From contig JANOHV010000236.1 of NCBI GenBank assembly GCA_031406795.1, positions 1 through 58,141 on the forward strand: 58,141 bases of DNA, given 5' to 3'. Positions 1 to 12,348 of the stretch are shown piece by piece; position 1 is the first letter of the stretch; every line of letters starts with the position of its first letter. Source of the DNA: Candidatus Rokuibacteriota bacterium (GTDB lineage Bacteria > JAUVQV01 > DATDCY01). The notes below the pieces were generated by a model. That model saw only the letters and a list, made by a program, of their open reading frames with translations. It had not been told where the DNA came from and did no database searches. Position numbers and translations under genes: made by a program.

Positions 1-235
1 TGCAAGGCGCGCTTCGATCCGGCGACTGAGGCGTACGAGTAGTACGCCGCAGGGAGCCGGGAGAAGTGCAACGCCGCAGGCGGGCCGTTTTCATCGGCTG
101 CAACGGTAGCGGAGAGGCTGATCAAAAGGGTCCGGATGCAAGGCGCGCTTCGATCCGGCGACTGAGGCGTACGAGTAGTACGCCGCAGGGAGCCGGGAGA
201 AGTGCAACGCCGCAGGCGGGCCGTTTTCATCGGCC
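1..235. repeat. Tandem copies (136-bp period) of a ~120-bp palindromic MITE/REP-like element; first copy truncated by the window edge
   Basis: 1-98 is repeated identically at 137-234. The full unit 116-235 has imperfect terminal inverted repeats (GGCTGATCAAAAGGGTCC...GGGCCGTTTTCATCGGCC) and a central hairpin GGCGTAC-gagta-GTACGCC. A 15-bp linker lies at 101-115. Confidence 0.9.
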
Positions 236-236
236 G

Positions 237-893
237 TCACGGCGCCCAGGCGTCGTCGCCGATGAGGCTGACAAAGACGCAGCCGCCGAGCAGCTCCTGC
301 TGATCCCGGTCCTCGCCCCGGGTGATGCGCAACAGGCTCTGCTGTTGACGGTCGCCGACCGGGATCACGAGACGGCCGCCGCTGGCCAGCTGGCCGCGCA
401 ACTCCCGGGGGACGTGTGGTGCGCCCGCGGTGACGACGATCGCGTCATAGGGCGCATGGTCGCGCCAGCCGAGGGTGCCGTCGCCGTGGCGCAGCACGAC
501 GCGGTGATAGCCGAGCTGGTCGAGCAGTCCGCGCGCCCGGCGATACAGGGGCGCGATGCGCTCCACGGAGAAGACCCGTTCGGCGAGTTCCGCCAGCACC
601 GCGGTCTGGTAGCCCGAGCCGGTGCCGATCTCGAGCACCTTCTCGCCGCCCTCGAGGCGCAACGCCTGGGTCATCGTCGCGACCATAATCGGTTGGGAGA
701 TCGTCTGATCGTAGCCGATGGGAAGGGAGCCCTCGCCGTAGGCGCGCTCGCGCAAGGCCTCCTCGACGAACAGGTGCCGGGGCACCCGGGCCATGGCGCG
801 CAACACTTCGGGTTCGCGCACGCCGCGCGCGAACAGGTGCGAATCGACCATGCGCCGGCGGGCGGTGGCGAAATCACTCACGCGTGGACTCAC
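237..893 (-). CDS. pcm: Protein-L-isoaspartate(D-aspartate) O-methyltransferase
   Basis: Motifs [49 protein letters not shown]. Confidence 0.95.
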   Translation of the reverse strand: MSPRVSDFATARRRMVDSHLFARGVREPEVLRAMARVPRHLFVEEALRERAYGEGSLPIGYDQTISQPIMVATMTQALRLEGGEKVLEIGTGSGYQTAVLAELAERVFSVERIAPLYRRARGLLDQLGYHRVVLRHGDGTLGWRDHAPYDAIVVTAGAPHVPRELRGQLASGGRLVIPVGDRQQQSLLRITRGEDRDQQELLGGCVFVSLIGDDAWAP

Positions 894-921
894 CGAACCG
901 ACCGGACCGGGAGTGGAAAAC

Positions 922-998
<77 letters not shown>

Positions 999-1004
999 AC
1001 TTCA

Positions 1005-1370
1005 TCAGTCTAACAGCTTTTCCAGAGATGCCAAGCCCTCGCGGATTCGGCGGATCGCCGCCTCGCGGTCCGCCGCGTCAAAACCGAGTTCCAGCTGGCG
1101 CTCGCCGGCCGGCAGCCGGCCCTCGCCGTTGAGCCACTTCTTCGCGCCCGCAATCGTGAATTTGCGCTGGTGCAGCAGGTCCTTGATTTCAAGGGCGGTC
1201 TCGATATCGCGGCGGCGGTAGACCCGTTGCCCCGACTTGTTCTTGTTCGGCCGGAGCAGACGGAACTCCGACTCCCAATACCGCAGCACATAGGGCTTCA
1301 CGCCGGTGATCTCGGAGACTTCCCCGATGCGGAAGAACATCTTGTCCGGGATGTTGATTTCCGCCTTCAT
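1005..1370 (-). CDS. MerR-family HTH transcriptional regulator (ihfA-linked type)
   Basis: [30 protein letters not shown]...[10 protein letters not shown]; typical ihfA-merR-tRNA-Pro order. Confidence 0.92.
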   Translation of the reverse strand: MKAEINIPDKMFFRIGEVSEITGVKPYVLRYWESEFRLLRPNKNKSGQRVYRRRDIETALEIKDLLHQRKFTIAGAKKWLNGEGRLPAGERQLELGFDAADREAAIRRIREGLASLEKLLD

Positions 1371-1380
1371 GGCGCCACGA

Positions 1381-1656
1381 TCAGGGGTTCGCGACTTTGC
1401 GCAGGATCTGGCTCGGCCTGAAGGTCACGACCCGGCGCCGGGAAATCTCGATTTCCTCACCCGTCTTCGGATTGCGGCCCTTGCGGGCCACCTTGCGGCG
1501 GACTACGAAGTTCCCGAAGCCCGCCAGCTTGATCTTTTCGCCCTGCTCGAGATTCCCCTTGATCGTCTCGAGCACCACCTCGACGATGTGGGCAGTCTCC
1601 TTCTTCGAAAGTCCGATCTTCTCGTACAGCGAATTGACGATGTCGGCCTTAGTCAT
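1381..1656 (-). CDS. ihfA: Integration host factor subunit alpha
   Basis: MTKADIV...[52 protein letters not shown] upstream. Confidence 0.92.
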   Translation of the reverse strand: MTKADIVNSLYEKIGLSKKETAHIVEVVLETIKGNLEQGEKIKLAGFGNFVVRRKVARKGRNPKTGEEIEISRRRVVTFRPSQILRKVANP

Positions 1657-1749
1657 GCGAATCGCTCCTCCTCGAACATCCGCTCGCCGGCGGGCCCGGC
1701 GTTACGTCGGAAATTCTGCCCACCGGCGACGCGGAAGTCAAGAAGATTG

Positions 1750-3837
1750 TTACGCTTTCTTCTCTTCGTCGGCGCCCCGGCGCGAAACGGCGACAATCTT
1801 CTCCGCGTTCTGCGCCGGCACCTCCTCGTAGTGGTCCAGCACCATGGTGAATTGCCCCCGACCGCCGGTCATCGAAGTCAGATCGGTGGCGTAACGCAGG
1901 ATTTCGGCGAGCGGCACCTTGGCGGCGACCCGCTGGCGTCCCCCGCCGCCCTCGACCCCGGAGATGCGGCCGCGGCGCGAATTGAGATCGCCGATGACAT
2001 CGCCGACGAATTCGTCGGGGATCGTGATCTCCAGCGACATCACGGGTTCGAGCAGTTTCGCCCCGGCCCCCTGGACGGCAAGGCGGAAGGCTTCGCGGCC
2101 GGCGACCTGAAAGGCGATGTCCTTCGAGTCGACGGGGTGCTCCTTGCCGTCGGTGACGGCGGCCTTGATGTCCACGACCGGATACCCGGCGATGACCCCC
2201 TGCTCCAGCGCCGACAGGATCCCCTTCTCGACCGACGGCTTGAAGGAGGTCGAGATCGCCCCGCCGAAGACTTCCCAGGCGTACTCGAAGCCGGCCCCGC
2301 GCGCCAGCGGGTCGACCCGCAGATGCACCTCGGCGAACTGCCCGGCGCCGCCGGTCTGCTTCTTGTGCCGGTACATGGTGCTGAAGCTTTTGCTGACGGT
2401 CTCCCGGTACGGAACCTTCGGCTCCTTGAGCAGGACTTCCACCCCGAGCCGCTTCATGCGCTCGACGACGACATCGATGTGCTGCTGGCCCATCGCGGAG
2501 ATGAGCAGCTCCTTGGTCTGCGGTTCACGCGCGACGCGGATCATCATGTCCGCCTCCGTGACGCGGTGCAGCACGGTCGAGAGCTTGTCCTCGTCGCCCG
2601 TGCTCTTCGGTTCGACCGCCATCGAGATCACCGGCGTCGGGAAGACGATCGGCGGGAACACCAACGGATGCTTCTCGTCGCAGAGCGTGTCCCCGGTGTG
2701 TGTCTCCTTGAGCTTGGCGACGGCGGCGAAATCGCCCGGGCCCACTTCGGGAACGGACTTGAGCGTCTTGCCGAGCACCTGGTTCAGCGAGCCGGCGCGC
2801 TCGCGCACACCGTGCGTCGCGTTGTAGATCTGGTCGCCGGCGAGTCGGCCCGAGAAGACCCGGAAGAGCGAAATCTTGCCGGTGTAGGCGTCGACCAGGG
2901 TCTTGAAAACCAGCGCGGAGAACGGCGCCTGCTCCAGCGCGGCCCGTGACTCCTCGCCGCCCCCGGGGTTGAGCCCGGTGACCGGCGGACGCTGCGCCGG
3001 CGAGGGCAGCAGCGAGAAGACCGCCTCCTCGATGGCCGCGGTGCCCCCGTTCTTCGTCGGCACGGCGAACAGCAGCGGCACGATCTTGCCGGCGAGCGTC
3101 CCGGCCCGCAGCCCCTTGCGGATTTCTTCCTCGCCGAGCGGTTGGCCGTCGAGGTACTTCTCCAGCAGGCCGTCGTCGCTCTCGGCGACGCCCTCGGTCA
3201 GGCGCTCGCGCGCGGCCGCGACCTCGTCCGCCAGCTCCGCGGGGATCTCACCGAGGGTCTCCCCGCCGCTCGCGTCGCTCTTGAAGAAGCGCGCCTTGCC
3301 GAGGAGCAGGTCCACGACCCCGCGCAGGGCCCCTTCGGCCCCGATCGGCACCTGGATCGGGATGGGACGCACGCCGAGGAAGGTCTCGGCTTCGCCGAGC
3401 ACTTTCGCGAGACTCGTGCGTTCGCGATCGAGCTTCGTGACCACGATCATCCGCGGCAGGGCGTTTTCGTCCGCGGCTTTCCACAGGGCCTCGGTCTCGA
3501 ACTTGATGCCGGCGGCGGCGCTGACCACGAAGACGGCGGCGTCGGCGACCCGGCAGGCCGCCCGGCTGTCGCCGAGAAACACGGAAAACCCGGGGGTGTC
3601 GAGGAGGTTGATCTTCCCCTGCGGCGTCTCGAAGCTGGCCAGACTGGTGTTCAGGGTGAGCTTGCGGGCGATCTCGTCCGGGTCAAAATCCAGGATGCTG
3701 GTGCTCTCGTCCACGGAACCGAGCCTGCTCGTGGCGCCGTACGTGAAGAGCAGCGCCTCGGCGAGTGAGGTCTTTCCCGCGCGGCTGCCGCCGAGCAGGA
3801 CGACGTTCCGGAGCTGTTCGACCTCGTAACGCTTCAT
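1750..3837 (-). CDS. fusA: Elongation factor G-like protein (EF-G II type, degenerate G domain)
   Basis: Full five-domain EF-G length (~695 aa from ATG 3837, AAGGAG RBS). G1 GGSRAGKT, G3 DTPGF, G4 TKLD; domain IV KKQTGGAGQFAEV and HPVDSKDIAF; C-terminal GDVIGDLNSRRGRI. Confidence 0.9.
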   Translation of the reverse strand: MKRYEVEQLRNVVLLGGSRAGKTSLAEALLFTYGATSRLGSVDESTSILDFDPDEIARKLTLNTSLASFETPQGKINLLDTPGFSVFLGDSRAACRVADAAVFVVSAAAGIKFETEALWKAADENALPRMIVVTKLDRERTSLAKVLGEAETFLGVRPIPIQVPIGAEGALRGVVDLLLGKARFFKSDASGGETLGEIPAELADEVAAARERLTEGVAESDDGLLEKYLDGQPLGEEEIRKGLRAGTLAGKIVPLLFAVPTKNGGTAAIEEAVFSLLPSPAQRPPVTGLNPGGGEESRAALEQAPFSALVFKTLVDAYTGKISLFRVFSGRLAGDQIYNATHGVRERAGSLNQVLGKTLKSVPEVGPGDFAAVAKLKETHTGDTLCDEKHPLVFPPIVFPTPVISMAVEPKSTGDEDKLSTVLHRVTEADMMIRVAREPQTKELLISAMGQQHIDVVVERMKRLGVEVLLKEPKVPYRETVSKSFSTMYRHKKQTGGAGQFAEVHLRVDPLARGAGFEYAWEVFGGAISTSFKPSVEKGILSALEQGVIAGYPVVDIKAAVTDGKEHPVDSKDIAFQVAGREAFRLAVQGAGAKLLEPVMSLEITIPDEFVGDVIGDLNSRRGRISGVEGGGGRQRVAAKVPLAEILRYATDLTSMTGGRGQFTMVLDHYEEVPAQNAEKIVAVSRRGADEEKKA

Positions 3838-4029
3838 CGGGACTCCTTTCGACCGACCGCTGTCAATGAAAGCCGCACCCGTCACCAGACATTTGCTATG
3901 TTTAGCATCGGGTCCCAAGTGAGTCAAGCGACGCGAACGCGCGAACGCGCGCCAACCGGGCAGTCTGCGGGAGTTTTTGATGTCCGACGCCGCACTATGC
4001 TATCGTCAGGGCATGGCAGGGCAGGAATA

Positions 4030-5268
4030 ATGCTGTTTCCCGGGAGCCGCATCTGGTACGAGGGCTCGGCGGCGGATCTCGCCTCGCTGACCGACGAGAT
4101 CAAGACGTCCGGTTTCTCCGGACACGTCGTCCTCGAGTTCCAGGATTCGATCGATGTCGTGATCTGCGTCGGCGGGGAGTTTCTCCGGGTCATCGAGAAG
4201 ATCGGCCGGCGGATCCTATCGACCAAGAAGTATCGCGAAATCTGGGGCAAATGCCAGATCAAACCGGGCCGCATGACGATCTTCGAACTCCCGCCGCAGC
4301 TGATCCGACGTCTGCGCGCGCCGCACCTGCGGCGCCTGCACAGCTCGGGAACGGCCGCCACGGGCTGCGACCCCGGGCGGCTGCTGGACGGGCTGCGCGC
4401 GCGTGCGTTCACGGGACTCCTCGACTGCGTCACCCCTGAGGGCAAACTGCTGCTCGAGTACGAGGCCGGAAAGATCTCCGCCTGCTACTACTCGGCCTTC
4501 GAAGGCTTGAGCTCCTGCGGTCTGGAGGCCTTCCGCACCTGGCACCGGGGTTTCCTGGACTCGACGCACCCCAGCTTCTTCTTCACCAGCGAGCCGGGCG
4601 GGGCCGGCGAGAACCAGCTGTGGGACGAGATCCTCATGGATTACTCCGACCAGATCCCCCTGCCCCTGAAGTCTTCGATCGAACGCCTCTATGCAAGCTT
4701 CGGTCGCAAGGCCGCCGCCGGCGAGGAACTGATCGCAGCCGGCGCGAACAGTTTCCCGCTCATCTACCTGGTCGACGGCGAGTTGGAGGCGGTGCCCGCT
4801 GACGCACGCGGCTGGTCGGCCGGCGTCCCGCTGAAACCGGGGGAGTTCTTCGGGTTCGGCCGGCTGCAGCAGGGCCAGCCGGCGCCGATGAGTGTGCGGG
4901 CGCGCGTTGCCAGCCGGTATCTGGCCTGTGACACCCGGGCGCTGGACGCGGTGTTCACCAACAGCCCGACCCTGACGGCGCGGCTGGTGCGGGAAGCGGC
5001 GAGACACCTGGGCGGCCTGCGGGCCCGTCTTGAGGCGTTTCGCGCGGAGCCGCGGCTGCGCGATGTGGAATCGGCCGTGCTCAGGACGCTGCTCGCGCAC
5101 CCCCAGGGCGGGCGCGAAGGCGTTTCATCGGCCGACCTGTTCCGTGAACTGACCCAAAGCCTGCCGCTCTCGCTGCGGGAGATCGACGGGCTCTTTCGCA
5201 GACTGGCGACGCTCGAGGGCCTGCGTCAGGCCGGCGGGCGCGTCGCCCTCTCCGCCCGGGATTTCTGA
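4030..5268 (+). CDS. Putative signalling protein: two PATAN/DUF4388-like repeats + cNMP-binding (Crp-like) domain + possible winged HTH
   Basis: ATG 4030 after AGGA. Repeats GFSGHVVLEF..DVVICVGGEF and AFTGLLDCVT..KLLLEYEAGKI; cNMP fold GEELIAAG..LIYLVDGELE..LKPGEFFG..SVRA; helical C-terminus. Confidence 0.6.
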   Translation: MLFPGSRIWYEGSAADLASLTDEIKTSGFSGHVVLEFQDSIDVVICVGGEFLRVIEKIGRRILSTKKYREIWGKCQIKPGRMTIFELPPQLIRRLRAPHLRRLHSSGTAATGCDPGRLLDGLRARAFTGLLDCVTPEGKLLLEYEAGKISACYYSAFEGLSSCGLEAFRTWHRGFLDSTHPSFFFTSEPGGAGENQLWDEILMDYSDQIPLPLKSSIERLYASFGRKAAAGEELIAAGANSFPLIYLVDGELEAVPADARGWSAGVPLKPGEFFGFGRLQQGQPAPMSVRARVASRYLACDTRALDAVFTNSPTLTARLVREAARHLGGLRARLEAFRAEPRLRDVESAVLRTLLAHPQGGREGVSSADLFRELTQSLPLSLREIDGLFRRLATLEGLRQAGGRVALSARDF

Positions 5269-5283
5269 CCCGCTCGCGGCGGT

Positions 5284-5661
5284 TCAGCGGCCGGCCGGCG
5301 CGGCGGTCACGTTGCGGATCATCGCGAGGAGTTCGGTCGTCTCGAAGGGCTTGTTGATGTATTCGCAGGCTCCCAGGTCCAGCGACTGCAGGTAGGAGCC
5401 GACATCCCCGAAGGCGGTGGCCATGATGACCCGCATGCCCGGCGCCGACCGGCGCGCCTCCCGGAGGACCTCGAAACCGTCCATGCCCGGCATCATGATG
5501 TCGAGCAGCATCAGGTCGGGGCGCTCCGCGCCGACGACGCGCAGCGCCTCCGCGCCGCTGTAGGCGCTCAGGACCTCCCAGCCCTCTCCCGCGATCATCG
5601 TACTGACGATACGCACAATGTCGACGTCGTCGTCGACGATGAGGATCTTCTTCAGCTTCAT
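5284..5661 (-). CDS. Single-domain response regulator (CheY-like receiver)
   Basis: ILIVDDD...LLDIMMPGMDG...ATA...YINKPF. Confidence 0.92.
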   Translation of the reverse strand: MKLKKILIVDDDVDIVRIVSTMIAGEGWEVLSAYSGAEALRVVGAERPDLMLLDIMMPGMDGFEVLREARRSAPGMRVIMATAFGDVGSYLQSLDLGACEYINKPFETTELLAMIRNVTAAPAGR

Positions 5662-5725
5662 GCCCGCAACTCTCCGATTTCGCCGAGCCGTCCGGATTGT
5701 CTATAGACCGATTCAGCGGCGCCTG

Positions 5726-6499
5726 TCAACGAGCCGCGCGCTCGCGCTCCCACAGCAGGCGCAGGCCTTCGAGGGTCAGGTGCTGGTCGACCAGCGGCAC
5801 GACCCCGGTTTCACGCACGATCAATTCCGCGAGACCGCCGGTGGCGATGACTCGGGGGGAGCCGCCGATCTCCACCGAAATGCGCGCGACCAGAGCTTCG
5901 ACCAGGCCGGCGTAACCGAAAATGATCCCGGACTGCATGCTCGCCGCCGTGTTCGTCCCGATCGCGCGCACGGGACGGACCAGGTCGATCCTCGGCAGCC
6001 GGGCGGCACGCTGCGAGAGCGCTTCGATCGAAATGCGCAGGCCAGGGGCAATCGCCCCCCCGAGGTAGGCGCCGTCGGCGCCGATCGCGTCGAACGTCGT
6101 CGCGGTGCCGAAGTCGACGACAATCAGCGGGCCGCCGTAGCGGGCGAACCCGCCGACGGCATTCGCGATCCGGTCGGCGCCCACCTCCCGGGCATCGTCG
6201 TAGCGGATGGCGATCCCGGGGTCGCTCCCGGGACCGAGTACGAAGGGTTCCACGCCGAAGCGGCGCTGCACGGCCGCGGCGATCGTACCGGTCGTCATGG
6301 GCACGACGGACGCGATCGCCGCCCCCGCCAGGCCGCCCGGGTCGAAGCCGCGGCTGCCGAAGAGCTGGATCAGCAGCAATCCCAACTCGTCCGCGGTCCG
6401 GTCGCGGTTGTTGGAGATGTCCCAATGGGCGAGGAGTTCCTCCCCGCGGAAGACGCCGAGGTGAATGTTGGTGTTGCCGACGTCCAGCGCGAGGAGCAC
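5726..6499 (-). CDS. coaX: Type III pantothenate kinase
   Basis: GTG start VLLALDVGNTNIHLG; GADRIAN, VVDFGTATTFD, GGAIAPG, VIATGGLA. Confidence 0.95.
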   Translation of the reverse strand: MLLALDVGNTNIHLGVFRGEELLAHWDISNNRDRTADELGLLLIQLFGSRGFDPGGLAGAAIASVVPMTTGTIAAAVQRRFGVEPFVLGPGSDPGIAIRYDDAREVGADRIANAVGGFARYGGPLIVVDFGTATTFDAIGADGAYLGGAIAPGLRISIEALSQRAARLPRIDLVRPVRAIGTNTAASMQSGIIFGYAGLVEALVARISVEIGGSPRVIATGGLAELIVRETGVVPLVDQHLTLEGLRLLWERERAAR

Positions 6500-6501
6500 G
6501 G

Positions 6502-7344
6502 CTAGCGGAACTCCAGGCTGATATCGACCGCGGGGGCCGAATGCGTGAGCGCGCCGGAGGAGAGGCAGTCGGCGCCGCTCAGCGCCATCGCCCGCGCATT
6601 CGCCGCGGTGATGCCGCCCGAGACCTCGAGAATGGCCCGGCCGGCGATAAGCCGCGCCGCGGCACGGGCGAGCGCGGGGTCGGCGTTGTCCAGCAGTACG
6701 ACGTCCGCCCCGGCGGCGAGCGCCGCGTCCACTTCGTCGAGCGTCCCCGCCTCGACCTCGACCCGCGTCCCCGGCAGGCTCCGCCGGCGAACGGCGGTGA
6801 CGGCCGCATGCACGCCGCCGGCGAGACGGACGTGGTTGTCCTTGATCAGAATGCCGTCCGAGAGGCTGAAGCGGTGATTGGTGCCGCCGCCGTCGCGCAC
6901 GGCGGCCTTCTCCAGCAGACGCCAGCCGGGCGTCGTCTTGCGGGTGTCGAGCACGATGCACGGCAGCCCGGCGACCTCGTCGAGGAGCTTTCTCGTCGCG
7001 GTCGCGATGCCGGCAAGGCGCTGCAGCAGATTCAGCGCCGTGCGTTCGGCGGCAAGCAGCGAGTCCGCTCGACCGCTGATGACGGCGAGTTCCGTTCCGG
7101 CGGGGACCGTCTCGCCGTCGCGCCTCCGGATCTCAAAGCGGACTGCCGGGTCGACGACCGCGAAAACCCGCTGCGCCACGGCCAGCCCGCTGATCGTGCA
7201 GGCCTGCTTGGCCAGGAGCACGGCCTCGGCCGGGCGCTCGCCGATGCCCAGCGCGAGCGTCGTGAGATCGTGAGCGGGCAGGTCCTCGTCAAGAGCGATC
7301 CGGATCAGCCGGTCCAGGTCGCGGCCGGAGGCGTAATCGAACAT
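6502..7344 (-). CDS. nadC: Nicotinate-nucleotide diphosphorylase (quinolinate phosphoribosyltransferase)
   Basis: [52 protein letters not shown]. Confidence 0.96.
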   Translation of the reverse strand: MFDYASGRDLDRLIRIALDEDLPAHDLTTLALGIGERPAEAVLLAKQACTISGLAVAQRVFAVVDPAVRFEIRRRDGETVPAGTELAVISGRADSLLAAERTALNLLQRLAGIATATRKLLDEVAGLPCIVLDTRKTTPGWRLLEKAAVRDGGGTNHRFSLSDGILIKDNHVRLAGGVHAAVTAVRRRSLPGTRVEVEAGTLDEVDAALAAGADVVLLDNADPALARAAARLIAGRAILEVSGGITAANARAMALSGADCLSSGALTHSAPAVDISLEFR

Positions 7345-7362
7345 GGCGTCCGCGCGGCCTCG

Positions 7363-10098
<2,736 letters not shown>

Positions 10099-10201
10099 CT
10101 GCTCCTCGTTCCTGGGTACCGGGGTGGTCACCGGCTCGCCGGCGGCGACGACCGGGTCCTCGGGGAACCTGCGATTTCCCGTGCGCGGTGTCGGGGCTGG
10201 T

Positions 10202-11728
10202 TCAATCGGTGCGGGTGGCCTGCCTGACGCGCTCGATCTCGGCGCGGATCATCGCTTCGGCGAGGTCGGGGATGACTTCCCAGGCCACCGATTCGATCAT
10301 CGTGCGGGCAAGATCGCTCACGAGCGGTTCGAGGACCTTTCTGACCGCGGCCTCGATCCGGGAGGCCACCAGGCGCTCGATCTCGGCCTGATCGACCGCC
10401 AGCGTCGCCGCGGGTTCCGGCGGCGGCGCTGGCGCGGGTGCGAGTGCGGGTGCGGATGGGGTTTCGGGTTCGTATGCGGGCAGTTCCGGAGAGGCCTCGA
10501 GGACGGCCGCTGGTTCCGCGGGGAATTCAAGCGGTTCCCTGCGGGCGGTGGAGACTTCCTCGAAAAAGGCTTCATCCTCGAACTGCACCTCGGGCACGGC
10601 TACCGCGCTTTCCTCCCCCAACTCCATGATGTCCGCAGCGGACGCGACGTCGGCTCCGGCGGGGGCGCGGGCCTCCAGAAGATCGCTGGCATTCCCGCGC
10701 AGGCTCACTTCGCTCCAGAGATCCTCGTCGCTCTCCGCTGAAGTCTCCAGTGGCGTAGCGGGAGACGACTGCGAGGCCGGCTGGGCGGCAAGCGTCCCGA
10801 AACGATCGCCCTCCGACTCGCCGAAATCGAAGCCGAAGTCGTCGATTGGCGGCCGCGCGGCCGGTGGCGGCGCCTGGTAGACCGGTGGTGGTGGCGGCGC
10901 TGGCGCCTGAAAGACCGGCGGCGGTGGCGGTGGTGGCGCCTGGTAGACCGGTGGCGGCGGCGGCGCCTGGTACACCGGCTGAGCTGTCGGTGGCGTTACT
11001 GCCACGGGCCGGACCGGCCGGGGAGGAAGCGGTGGCGGCGGAGGGGGAGGAACCGGGCGGTTCTGTGGCGTCGGAATCGGCGGCACCGCCACGGCACTCC
11101 GCTGCTGCACCATGGGTCTTGGCGGGACGATCCCCGGACGCGGCGCCACTGCCGGAATAGGCGCCGCCGGAGGCGGCGATGCAAGGGGCCGTGGCGGTAC
11201 CGGCGTCTGCGCGGCGGCGGGCGTCGACAGAGGGCTGGCCGCCGGTGGTCGCTCCGGCGGGATCGGCATCGGCCGGCTCTCGATGGGAGTGGGTTTCGGC
11301 GCCTCGGGGGCCGCGGGGCGCTGGATGTGCTGCACCGGCGGCTGCGGTGCGGCGGAAACCGCCCGCGAGATCAAGTCCCGGACTTTGGCGACCATTTCCT
11401 GAGACTCGAAAGGCTTGATGATAAAACCATCGGCGCCGCTGGCACGCGCCTGGTCCTCGTCGAAACTCTCGAACGTGCCCTTGAGAAAGAGGAAAGGGAC
11501 GGACTGCAGAAGCGGATCGCGCTTCACCTGCCGACAGAGTTCATACCCGTTCAGACCAGGCATGACGACATCGGAAATGATGATGTCCGGACGCTGTGCG
11601 CGGGCATGCTCGAGGGCCTTGGTGCCGTCGCCTACCGAATCGATCGCAAAATCCTCGTCGGAAAAGGTGAGTTCCACGACCTTCCGGATGGTCACGCTGT
11701 CGTCGGCCAGCAAAATTCTCTGTGTCAT
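10202..11728 (-). CDS. romR: RomR-like response regulator (receiver + Pro-rich linker + acidic region + conserved C-terminal helix)
   Basis: N-terminal LLADDSVTIRKVVELTF receiver; C-terminal IESVAWEVIPDLAEAMIRAEIER resembles the RomR C-terminal helix; adjacent to valS. Confidence 0.8.
   Translation of the reverse strand: MTQRILLADDSVTIRKVVELTFSDEDFAIDSVGDGTKALEHARAQRPDIIISDVVMPGLNGYELCRQVKRDPLLQSVPFLFLKGTFESFDEDQARASGADGFIIKPFESQEMVAKVRDLISRAVSAAPQPPVQHIQRPAAPEAPKPTPIESRPMPIPPERPPAASPLSTPAAAQTPVPPRPLASPPPAAPIPAVAPRPGIVPPRPMVQQRSAVAVPPIPTPQNRPVPPPPPPPLPPRPVRPVAVTPPTAQPVYQAPPPPPVYQAPPPPPPPVFQAPAPPPPPVYQAPPPAARPPIDDFGFDFGESEGDRFGTLAAQPASQSSPATPLETSAESDEDLWSEVSLRGNASDLLEARAPAGADVASAADIMELGEESAVAVPEVQFEDEAFFEEVSTARREPLEFPAEPAAVLEASPELPAYEPETPSAPALAPAPAPPPEPAATLAVDQAEIERLVASRIEAAVRKVLEPLVSDLARTMIESVAWEVIPDLAEAMIRAEIERVRQATRTD
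10861..10978 (-). repeat. Intragenic tandem repeat encoding V(Y/F)QAPPPPP units
   Basis: Four imperfect units (VYQAPPPPP, VYQAPPPPPPP, VFQAPAPPPPP, VYQAPPP) in the RomR-like linker. Confidence 0.75.
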
Positions 11729-12183
11729 GCCTCTCCAGGCCCCCTTTGTCCGCCCATGGCCGCCGCTCCCGAAAGCGCCGCGGGATCGACGACCAGGCAG
11801 CTGCCATTCGCATGAAGTGCAACGCCGCGAAACGCGTCTTTCACAAACGGTGCAACAAGCGCGGGCAGCGGCCGCATCTCAACCCCCTCGACAATGCCCT
11901 CAACGCTGTCAACCATGAGCGCAACCGGTCCCCCGCCGCTGCGGACGACGATCACCGCCGGCGTCGTCATCGCGGCCGCCAAACCGCTGCAGTTCCCCCA
12001 AAGCACCCGCACGTCGACCGCGGCCACCGCGGAGCCGTGAAACACCTGCGTGCAGTCGCTCGAACCACTGCAATCGGCCGGCTCTTGAACACCAAGAACA
12101 TCCTCCAGGAACACCGCAAAGCGCCCCGAGCCGACGCGGAACGTCAACAGACGCCCCGTCTGCTTCGACCCTTCAGCGACCAT
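11725..12183 (-). CDS. cheW: CheW-like domain protein
   Basis: LLTFRVGSGRFAVFLEDVLGV...VALMVDSVEGIV...LVVDP; 4-nt ATGA overlap with the RomR-like gene. Confidence 0.75.
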   Translation of the reverse strand: MVAEGSKQTGRLLTFRVGSGRFAVFLEDVLGVQEPADCSGSSDCTQVFHGSAVAAVDVRVLWGNCSGLAAAMTTPAVIVVRSGGGPVALMVDSVEGIVEGVEMRPLPALVAPFVKDAFRGVALHANGSCLVVDPAALSGAAAMGGQRGPGEA

Positions 12184-12348
12184 CGCTCTTCCCCTTGATG
12201 TTCATAATGCCTTTCCCCCGGAGTGTCAAGTCTGCCGGGGCGAGAACACAGCCGGACCGGGCCGATATGCCGCGGTGCAGCGGATTTCCGCGCGCCTTTC
12301 GCGACGGCCGCCCCGTGCACTTCGCGCCCCGAGATGTCTCCCCCAATC

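Noticed and set aside
1..235. Possible CRISPR array
   Set aside because: The repeat is ~120 bp with a conserved 15-bp linker rather than ~30-bp repeats with unique spacers; no cas genes are present.
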